Below the pieces are notes generated by a model. The model saw only the letters and a list, made by a program, of their open reading frames with translations. It was not told the DNA's origin and did not search any database. This document shows positions 30,445-39,600 of a stretch of 64,000 nt of DNA, piece after piece; the stretch's first letter is position 1, and every line of letters begins with the position of its first letter. The translations under genes were made by a program, and so were the position numbers. The stretch is taken from the NCBI GenBank assembly GCA_963786935.1, contig CAWBAN010000001.1:1120001-1184000 (forward strand), written 5' to 3'. The stretch comes from an uncultured bacterium. GTDB taxonomy: Bacteria > Krumholzibacteriota > Krumholzibacteriia > Krumholzibacteriales > Krumholzibacteriaceae.

Positions 30445-33400
30445 CTACTTCCGGCGTTTCGGGCCCTTATCGGTTTCCGAGAGCCTTTTCCCGTATTCAT
30501 CCCACCCCATTTTCTTGATGCGGCGGTCCTTGTCCTCGCGCACATCGGTGCGCTGCTTGAAATCGATGAAGATGACCTTCTCGTCTTCCTTCACGGTCTT
30601 GAGCGGCTCGAGCGGGATGATGTCCGCTTTCCCGAGGAGCGCGGTCGCAAGATCCTGCTCTTCGACCGCCGGCGCGGCCGGCGCGGCGGGGGCCGAGGCG
30701 TCCTGTTTCGGGCGGGCGGCCGGTCCCCTCGGCGCGCCCTTTTGCGTGCGGGCGGCGTCCCCCAGCGTCTTCGGAAGCCGGAGCTGCTCGAGCGCGCGAT
30801 CGAGCGTTCCGAAGTGCGGGATGAGCGGCTCGAATCCGAGGTCCCTGAAAATCTTCAGGATGCTTGAATTCATGCCGGCGAGGGCGAGCGCTCCCCCGGA
30901 GGCTCCCAGCCGCTGCATGTATTTTACGACGATGCCCCATCCGCTGCTGTTGATATATACCATATTCGAGAGATCGAGCACAAGGTGCGCGGGATGCTCG
31001 GCGAGACACCGGTCGAGCCTGCTCTCGAACTCGTCCGACGTCGACGAGTCGACGGCTCCGCCGACGGAGAGCACGATGATTCCGCGCGGCCCGTCGGACG
31101 CCTTCGCGACGCCGATCGCGAGTCCCGGCTCCGCCGGCTTCGCGGCGGCCGGCGCCGCGGGAACCGCGGCCGCCGGTTCGGCGTGCGTTTCCGCGTCGAT
31201 CGCCTCGCCGTATTCCTCCGCCGCAGGCGCCGGAACGCTGAAATTCTCGATCGCCTCGCTGAGGACGCCGAACGAGCGCATGATGGCGTCGAACCCGAGC
31301 ATGTGAAAGATGCCGTTGACCTCTTCGTCCATGCCGAAGATCTTGATGTCCCCGTCGCGCGCGCGGATATCCTTGATCCGCGACGCGAAGACGCCCCAGC
31401 CGCTCGAGCTCACGTATTCCACCCGGGACATGTCGACGACGAGCTTCACGATGCCCCGGTCGACGAAGCTGTCGAGGACCGAGCGGAGCTTGACGCAGCT
31501 CACCGTGTCGATGACGCCGTCGAGGGACAGAATCGTGATCTCGCCGCGTTCGCCGACGGTTCCCGCTTCGATCTTGAGCGCGGTCCACGGCGCCTCGGCG
31601 CCTTCCTCCTCGATGCCCCCGATCGCGCCGGGCGATTCCGCGGCCTGCCGGATTTCGAGTGGCTTGAGCGCCGCGCGGCGACGCGTCGCCTCCTCGAAAC
31701 GCCTCTGCCGTTCGACGTACGGGAGCGAAATGTATTGGATGGCCGATTCGACATCGGCGAACTGCATGATGATCTCCTGGAACCCGAGAAGCTCGTAGAT
31801 ATCGTACACCTCGCTCGACATGCCGGCGAGGACGACGTCCCCCTCTCCCTCTCTGAGCGTTTTCACCCGGCCCGTGAAAATCCCCCACCCGCCGCTCGAG
31901 ATGTACGTCACGTCCGCGAGATCGACGATGATCTTCCGGCTGCCGTATTCGTAGACGCTCTCGAGGATGCCCTCCAGCTCGCCCGCCGAGGACGAATCGA
32001 GATGTCCTCTCGCCCGCAGGACGACGATCCCGCCCTCGAGCTCCTCCGAAGAAACCTCGACTGTGCGCGTCTCCGCCGAGACGAACTCCGGTTCGCGCGC
32101 GATCGCGCGATCACGCGCGCGCGTCGGAATCGGTTTCGCCGGGCGCGCGGCGCGGGCCGGCCGCGGCGCCGGCGCGCTCGCCGATTCCGCCTCGCCGGCG
32201 GCGGACGGAATCTCGTCCGCCGGGGCGGTCTTGAGCGCGTCGTGCTCCGGGCGCGCGTGCGCCGCGAGCAGGATCTTGAACTGCTCGTCGGTGATGATCT
32301 TGTTCCGCCGCAGGTACTCGAGCCGCATCTCGTACGTATTGAGCCGGATGCGCTTCAGCTCGTCGTAGACGATCGCCTGGGTGAGATGCTCGTCCTCGTT
32401 CTTCCCCTCGTTGAACAGATCCGCGATCTTCTTCGCCCCGTACTTCGGATTCTCCCGGATGATCTCGAGAATGCCCTTCCGCTGCTCGAGGCTCACCCGC
32501 TTGATTTCGTCCTCCTGCCGGAGCGTCTTGTCCTGGAGCCCCCGGTCGCCCATCTCGACGACGCGCTTCTTGTACCGGTAGTAGGTCGAGGGCGAGACCC
32601 TCATCTGCCGGCACGCCTCGGCGACAGGGATTCCCTGGATCTCGACGAGATCGAGCAGCTTCTTGCGGATGCCGTAGAGCACCTCGTCCGCCATGAGCTT
32701 TTCCTTGATCGCGACGACGGTGATATCGTCGTTCTGCGGCATATCCCCGGTGAACGCCTTGATCGCCGCGCTGAGCCGGTCGATGAATTCCTGCGGGGAG
32801 AGCTTCCCCGACGCCTTGATGAGCTGGATGAGCCGCTCTTCGCCGTACTGCCCGCGTTCGACGTTCATCGCCTCGGTCACGCCGTCGGTGTAGATGACGA
32901 GCATATCGTCCTTCTTGAGCTTGATCTTCTCGACGTCGATCGAGCGGCGGAACAGCGTATCGTCGGGAAGGCTGATCCCGACGGGGAACCCGCGCGGATT
33001 GAGGAAATACGTCTCGTCCGTCTCCGCGCGGTAGAGAATCATCGGATTATGGCCGGCGCTCGCGTAGCTGATGATCCGGTTCTTCGAATCGAGGATCGAG
33101 TAGAAGATCGTGACGAACATGCCCTTCTTCATGTCTTCCGTCACGAAATCGTTCATGCGGGCCATGACCTCGGCGGCGGAGTAGTTCCCCCGCGCCTCCA
33201 TCCGGAGCGCCGTCCGTATCATCGTCATGACGAGCGATCCGGGCACGCCCTTGCCCGACACGTCGGCCACGACGACGCCGAGCGTGTCGTCGTCTACTTT
33301 CACGAAGTCGTAATAATCCCCGCCGACCTCCTTCGCGGCCTTGTAGTAGCTCGCGATGTCGTAGCCGCCGATTTCGGGAACGCGTTTCGGCAGCAGAGTG

Positions 33401-34710
33401 TGCTGGATCTCCTGGGCAACCTGCATCTCTTTCTGGAGGCGCTCCTGCTCGACGACGTTCTTCTGCGCCTCGCGGAATTTCGAGGTGATCTCGTTGAAGG
33501 CCCGCGCGATCTCGCCGATCTCCTTGGGCCCCTCGATCTTGATCTCGTCGTTGAGCGAACCCTCGCCGATGGCGCGCACGCCGTCCGTGAGCGCCTGAAT
33601 GGGCCGCACGAACACGGCGATGAGCAGGTAGACGAGCGCGACGCCCGCGGCGAAGACGCCGACGAGGAGCAGCGTCATCATCGGCCTCGGGTCGACGATA
33701 TCCTCGACGACCGCCGGGATCGAAACGCCCATGACGAGCCTCCCGATCGGCTCGGCGCTCGCGCGATCGGCCCCCGCGCGGTAGACGGGCTGATGGAACT
33801 CCCTGATCGGGACCGCTCCCGGGCTCTGGACGGTGCGCGACGCGCCTCCCCGCTCCAGTGACGCCACCTCCGGGGGTACGTCGTACGTCGAGAGGAGCTC
33901 GTTGACATCGCTGGTGGCGACGACGAGGCCGTCGCGGTCGACGAGCCTGATGTATCTCGTCTCGGGATATTTCTTGATCTGCTTGACGAAGGTTTCGTTC
34001 AGACGCGTGCTCTCGACCGAATACTGGTCCTCGCCGAGAGCGCTTTCGCACGCCGTGGCGATGTTCTCGACGATCGCCTTCCGCTGCAGCCACGCCTGTG
34101 CGTGCCGCGCCCGCACTTCCTGCGTCTGCCGGTAGAAGAGGATCAGCCAGAGGAACACGATGAGCCCGAACAGCCCGAGCGTGGCGCGGAGCGCGAATTT
34201 GAAGCGCAGCGTCGACGTCCATTTCGGCCTGATGAGCGACGAGAAGAGGGGCTTCCCGCCGGCCGCCGCCGCCGCCGTCGAGCTCTTCGCCATGTAGAGA
34301 CGGTTGCCCCCGGGAGCCGCGGAGTAGCTGAGGGTGTCCATGAGGCGGTTCATCAGGTAGATGCCGAGTCCGCCCTTCTTCCCGATCTCGACGTAGAGAT
34401 CGAGGTCGGGCTCCTTCACCTTCGACCAGTCGAACGGCTCCCCCCGGTCGAAGATGTTGATCTCGATTTTGCCCGGCTCGGCCTGGACGTCGAGCCTGAC
34501 GTCCCCGCCTTTGTCCCGGTACGCGTGCTTGATGATGTTCGTGCACGCCTCGTCCACGGCGAGCTTCGTGTTGTTCGTCTCGCTCTTCGAGAAGCCCGCG
34601 CGATCGCAGATGTCGGCGATGAAGTCCCTGACCTCGCTCAGGTTGTTCTCGTCGGCGGGCACCTCGAGATGGAACGTCTCGCGTTCCGTGATGAGACCTT
34701 TCTTCCTCAC
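30445..34710 (-). CDS. Multidomain partner-switching signalling protein (1421 aa): RsbW-like HATPase - TM - periplasmic domain - TM - HAMP - SpoIIE/PP2C - HTH - 3x STAS
   Basis: LAVDEACTNIIKHAY, DRGEPFD, GGLGIYLM (kinase); two TMs; PIQALTDG...EIGEIARAFN (HAMP); VGGDYYD, ADVSGKG, YTDGVTEA, DDIT (PP2C); AEACRQMRVSPSTYYRYKKR (HTH); three STAS; GTGA overlap with the upstream stop. Confidence 0.9.
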   Translation of the reverse strand: MRKKGLITERETFHLEVPADENNLSEVRDFIADICDRAGFSKSETNNTKLAVDEACTNIIKHAYRDKGGDVRLDVQAEPGKIEINIFDRGEPFDWSKVKEPDLDLYVEIGKKGGLGIYLMNRLMDTLSYSAAPGGNRLYMAKSSTAAAAAGGKPLFSSLIRPKWTSTLRFKFALRATLGLFGLIVFLWLILFYRQTQEVRARHAQAWLQRKAIVENIATACESALGEDQYSVESTRLNETFVKQIKKYPETRYIRLVDRDGLVVATSDVNELLSTYDVPPEVASLERGGASRTVQSPGAVPIREFHQPVYRAGADRASAEPIGRLVMGVSIPAVVEDIVDPRPMMTLLLVGVFAAGVALVYLLIAVFVRPIQALTDGVRAIGEGSLNDEIKIEGPKEIGEIARAFNEITSKFREAQKNVVEQERLQKEMQVAQEIQHTLLPKRVPEIGGYDIASYYKAAKEVGGDYYDFVKVDDDTLGVVVADVSGKGVPGSLVMTMIRTALRMEARGNYSAAEVMARMNDFVTEDMKKGMFVTIFYSILDSKNRIISYASAGHNPMILYRAETDETYFLNPRGFPVGISLPDDTLFRRSIDVEKIKLKKDDMLVIYTDGVTEAMNVERGQYGEERLIQLIKASGKLSPQEFIDRLSAAIKAFTGDMPQNDDITVVAIKEKLMADEVLYGIRKKLLDLVEIQGIPVAEACRQMRVSPSTYYRYKKRVVEMGDRGLQDKTLRQEDEIKRVSLEQRKGILEIIRENPKYGAKKIADLFNEGKNEDEHLTQAIVYDELKRIRLNTYEMRLEYLRRNKIITDEQFKILLAAHARPEHDALKTAPADEIPSAAGEAESASAPAPRPARAARPAKPIPTRARDRAIAREPEFVSAETRTVEVSSEELEGGIVVLRARGHLDSSSAGELEGILESVYEYGSRKIIVDLADVTYISSGGWGIFTGRVKTLREGEGDVVLAGMSSEVYDIYELLGFQEIIMQFADVESAIQYISLPYVERQRRFEEATRRRAALKPLEIRQAAESPGAIGGIEEEGAEAPWTALKIEAGTVGERGEITILSLDGVIDTVSCVKLRSVLDSFVDRGIVKLVVDMSRVEYVSSSGWGVFASRIKDIRARDGDIKIFGMDEEVNGIFHMLGFDAIMRSFGVLSEAIENFSVPAPAAEEYGEAIDAETHAEPAAAVPAAPAAAKPAEPGLAIGVAKASDGPRGIIVLSVGGAVDSSTSDEFESRLDRCLAEHPAHLVLDLSNMVYINSSGWGIVVKYMQRLGASGGALALAGMNSSILKIFRDLGFEPLIPHFGTLDRALEQLRLPKTLGDAARTQKGAPRGPAARPKQDASAPAAPAAPAVEEQDLATALLGKADIIPLEPLKTVKEDEKVIFIDFKQRTDVREDKDRRIKKMGWDEYGKRLSETDKGPKRRK

Positions 34711-36598
34711 CGCTTCGCCTCCGGGACGCCCGTGTTGAGAATGCGCTTCCGGGCTTCCTCGATATTCTTCGAAACGCTTTCGTTGTCGGGATCGATGTCG
34801 AGAATCTTCTGCCACTGTTCGATCGCGCTCGCGTATTGGCCCTGCGTGAAGGACTTCATCCCCTCGATGTACAGCGCGCGGATCTGTCCCTTTTCCTTTT
34901 CGCTCAGGGGCGTCATGCGCCGCTGGGCGCGGAGCAGGAGCCGGCGCCCTTCCTCGTGGGCCGGATCGAGCTTGAGGAGATCCCTGCACTGCGCGGAGGC
35001 CTCGGCGTATTTTCCGTCTCCGAACGATTTCACGGCCCCGTCGAAAAGCTCCATGATCCGGAGCCGCTTGCTCGTCTGGCTGTAGTCCCTGCTCATCTCG
35101 TCGAGGCGCGCGTTGATCCGGTCGGCGGCCTGCTTCGCATCGGCCGACTCCGGCGCGAGCGTCCGCACGACGTTCCATTCGCCGAGCGCCGCGGCGAGCT
35201 GGCCGCGCCGCTCGAGATCGATCGCCCGCGCCCGGTGCTCCTCGGCGAGGAGGCCGAGCTTCTCCTCCGTCTTCACGAGATATTCGCGCGCGTTCGCGTT
35301 CGTCGAATCGAGCGCGAGGACGTTGCGCCACTCGGCCCTGGACATGACGTAGTCGTCCTTGCTGTAGTAATCGAGGCCGAGCCTGAAGTGCTGACCGACG
35401 AGGGCGGCCTTCTCCGCGTCCTGCGTGCGCGCCTCCTCGGCGGCCAGAATGGCGCGCTCGACGACGACGAGCGTCTCGGCGACGGCGGCGTTCGTCGGAT
35501 CGTAATCGAGCGCGATCTTGAGCTCGTCGAGCGCCTTTCCGGGCTCGCCTTCCGCCCGGTACCGCTCGGCCGCGCTCACGTGGCCGGAAATCCGGCTCGC
35601 CAGTATCTGCTGGACGCGCCGCTCCTCCTCGGCGAGGCGGCGCCGCTCCCGGGCCGCGATCTTGTCGTCGATCGACTCGCCGAGGCGGGCCGACAGCGAC
35701 AGGGGATGCGAGCTTCCCGCGTCCCCCCGGCTGAAGTAGCCGTAGTCGAACCCGAAGCCGCGCCAGCCGATGCCGAATCCCGCCGTGATCATCTCCGCGT
35801 CGTATCCGAGGCGGACACTGAACAGATTCTTGAACAGGTATTCGGCGCCGAAGCGAATCTCCGTATCGTCGCGCTGCGGAGCGTTCATCTGGAGCGCGAG
35901 CGAAAGGGACGAGCCGTTCTTGAGCGGATAGGAGTACCCCGCCCCCAGCATGATCGTCCGGTCGACCTTGTCGGTCAGCGTGACGAGCTTCGTCTCCGCG
36001 CCGACGATATCCTGCAGATTGCATCCGAGGGAGAGGCGCTTGACGTATTTCGGCCGGTACACGATCCCGAAGTCGAGCCCGGTCCCCGCCGCCGAGGCCT
36101 CGCCGACCCGCTGATTGAGCACCTTGACCGAGGAGCCGAGCGACACGTCGCCGAATCGGCGCCACGGGAGATCGAGCGCGTAGCCGAGGATCAGCTGGCT
36201 CTCACGGTAGCTGAGCTCCTCCGTTTCCCTGCTGAACTCGTCGAATCCCCTGATCCCCCCGTGCCCGCCGTCATGACCCCGAGCCCGATCGAGCCCGCCG
36301 AGATCGTCGGATATACGACGCCCACGAAATCGTACGTCGCGTCGCTGAATCCCGAAAAGAGCTGTATGTGGTTGGCCACCGCGCCGGGATAGCGGCAGAG
36401 CCTGAGCGCCGCGGGATTGTAATAGAGCACCGACGCGTCGTCGCCGATCGCGGAAAAAGCCCCTCCCATGGCGATCGCCCGCGATCCCGCGCCGATGCTG
36501 AACACGGAGCGGGTGCCCCCGGTGCCCTCCTGCGCGGCGGAAACGCCCGGCGCGATGAGGACGCCGGCGATCGACAATGCGGTGATGAGCTTCTTCAT
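34707..36598 (-). CDS. PorV/PorQ-like outer-membrane barrel fused to C-terminal TPRs; 1-nt deletion in a G6 run at 36255-36260
   Basis: Signal peptide; GAGSRAIAMGGAFSAIGDDASVLYYNPA; GLDFG; FDYGY; then TPR/coiled-coil. Adding one G joins TAGTGG to IRGFDEF. Confidence 0.8.
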
Positions 36599-36611
36599 GC
36601 TTCCCCTGCAC

Positions 36612-39600
36612 TCACTTCGCCACGGCGATTTTGAAGAGCGCCGACTGCGAGCCGGCCTCGACTTTGCACATATAGACGCCGTTTCTCACGAGCTCGCCCC
36701 GGTCGTTGCGACCGTTCCACGGAATCTCGTGATATGCCCCTTCGGCCGAGCCGGCGGCTTCGGCGTCGCCGGCGCCGAAGTTCCGCGTCCAGACGAGATG
36801 TCCCGCGAGATCGTAGATCTTGATCGCGACGGCGGAATTCTTCTTCAGGAAATAGCATATCTTCGTCGACTCCGATCCCGCCCTGAACGGGTTCGGATAG
36901 TTGTGGGCGTACTCGTCGAACTGCGAGCTCATGATCGAGAGCGGACCGGTCAGGAAATTCCCCGCGATATCCCCGCCGTCGAGATCGAGGGAGACTCCGA
37001 TCCGGGCCCCCGAATCGCTGATCGACACGACGACGCTCGCGCTGCGCTCGATTTCGAAGGCGATCGATCCGCTCGCCCGCGCGCCGATATCGCCCTCGAG
37101 CAGCAGCGTATCGGAGGTGCCGGGAGCGAGCGTGAATCCGTGCGCGACGACGATCGGAACGGGATTGACGCCGGCGACCGCCGCGCCGAACGCCGCGCCG
37201 TTCACCGCGATCGCGATCGAATCGGCGATGCGCGACGGATCCGCGACGGAATTCCCCCGGCCGTCCTCAATCGTCACGAAGAGCGTGTCGAGGCCGACGG
37301 TGAAGCCCGACGCGTTCGTCAAAACGATGCGCAGGAGCGGAACGTTCCGCGCTCCCTGCGGCACGACGAACGGCGGTATCGAATCGCCGCGCGAAATGTT
37401 CGACATCAGAACGGCGCCCGCTTCCGTCTGCACGGGGATGAACGCCGCGCCGGTCGAGATTTCGCATGCGGCGTTCGTGTTGACATCGGTCGCGTACGGC
37501 TCGATCAGCCTGACCTCGATGTTCCCCGGCGACGTCGGGGCTCCGGGCGCCCTGACGTTCCACGCCACGCTCCGCCCCGGATAGAAGGGCTTGCGGAAGT
37601 GCTCCTGGGCGCCGTCGAGCGCGTATCCCTGCCCCGCCGGCAGGACGAGCTCCATCCGGGCGCCCGCCGTATCGATCGCGGCGTCTCCCGATTTCGCGGC
37701 CGACGCCTCGATCGTGAACGGCAAGCTCACCGATACGGATCCGTCGAGCGCTTCCGGGGGACCCGAGATGGCGGCGGCGACGGCGAGCGACGGCTTCGTC
37801 TCCACGTGAACGGCGAACACGACGCGGCACGTCGCGATGGCGATGCCCGAGTTGATATCCTTGCCGCCGGCGCGCACCACGAGCGTGTCGGCGACGACGC
37901 GGCCGACCGGCGCTTTCGTTATCCAATCGATCGTCTGCTGCGCTCCCGTTCCCGCGCCGATGAGGCGGACCCGGTCCCCGGTGACGGAGAATCCCACGGG
38001 CACGGAGAGCTCCACCCAAACCGAATCGGCGTTCGCCGGGGGAGTGAGCACGGCCCGCGCCAGGAAATTCTGCTCGGTCGAGAGGGTCCCGTCGACGGCT
38101 CCCTGCGGGGCGGCGATCGAGATCGCGCAGCCGGTCAGGCGCGCCGATTCCTCCGTCCGGAGCGGCGCGGCGGATTCGACGACGCGCGCCGCCGCGGGAG
38201 CGCCGGTGTTCACGGCGACGGGAATCCCGCTGATCCGCGCGCGCACGGTGTCGAGCGAGGGTATCGCAGGCGCGACGAGCCTCCAAGAGACCTCGCCGAG
38301 GCCGCCGAGGCGCTTCGCAAGCGGCTCACCGGGATTCGCGAGCAGCACGGCGGGCGGCAGCGCGAGCGTCACCTCTCCCGTCGTATCGACGAGCGCCTGC
38401 CCTTCGTTCGCGACGGCCGCGGTGACCGTGAAGATCTGACCGGTCGAAAGAATGCCGTCGAGCGCCCCCGCGGGAGCGGTGATCGCGAGGCCGCATGCGA
38501 GGAGCGCGGGAAGCTCGATACGCAGATTCTCGGTCGATTCCGCCGCCTGCGCGGGATAGACCCGTTCGCCGGTGTTCACCGAAACCGCGTAGACGATCGA
38601 AGCGCTCAGCGCTTCGTTTCCCGGCGCCGGCGCGGCCGTCACCGAGAATACGAAATCGCGTTCCGATCCTGACGCGACGGAGACGAACCCGTCGCCGACG
38701 ACCGCGGCCCGCGAGGCGCCGTTCGAGACGAGGTTCACCGAGACGCTGTCGAGATCGTCCCCGCCCGTGTTCTCGACGCGCACGATTACGTTGAAGACCT
38801 GGCCGGTATCGACCACCGACGTATTGGGGAAGAGCGCGTTGTTGGGGGCGTCGCTCGCCACCGAGATGATTCGGAGCCCCGAAGGCGCCTTGACATGCAC
38901 GGATCCGAAACCCGCCGCCGGCGCGGGATCGCGGAGCGGATCGTTCAGATCGCCCCAGGCGAGCCCCGCGTCGATGGCGATGGTGCCCGTATCGACGCCG
39001 GTCGCCGCGATGCGGTAGATCAGTGAATCCGCTCCCCCTCCCGGCACGGCGAGGAGACCCGGTCCCGAACCGAGGGTGTCGGGCGCGATGACGAGGTAAT
39101 CGAAGCGCCGCGATCCGAAGAGCGAGAACGCGAGATCGCCGGCTCCGGGCGCATCGAGCGCGAGCGGCGCCTCTCCGCCGTTCGTGAACGAAACGCTCAC
39201 CGCCCAGTCAGCGTCCTGACCGGCGTTCACCTCCCGCTGGGAAGGCCTCACCGACGCAACCGTGAGCGCGGCCGGACGCTGGACGACGGCGGCCGCCGTA
39301 TCGTCGAGCGCCGGTTCCAGAACGACGAGACCGGCCTCTCTCGAGTTCGCGTCCACGGCTCCCCGGAGCCGGGCCCTGAACGTTTCGGACCCGCTCGCGG
39401 CGCCCGCGGCGATCGCGAAGGCGCCCGATGCGGAAGAGCCGCCCGAGAGCCCGTCGATGACGAGCAGGGTATCGATGATCTGCGAAGAACCAGATTTCTC
39501 GAGCGCCAGCCGGATGCTGTCGGCCCGCGCCTCGCCATCATTTATCACTTCATATGAAACGCCGAACTGCTGATAATAATTGACGTAAGGCGATCGCGGA

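Noticed and set aside
32320..32690. IS element insertion
   Set aside because: Only the HTH part is present, in frame, with no DDE domain, terminal inverted repeats or target duplication seen; reported as a domesticated domain instead
34711..36165. N-terminal 485-aa extension of the 1906-aa ORF
   Set aside because: Overlaps the PorV-TPR gene in another frame; the real start is the coupled GTG at 34710
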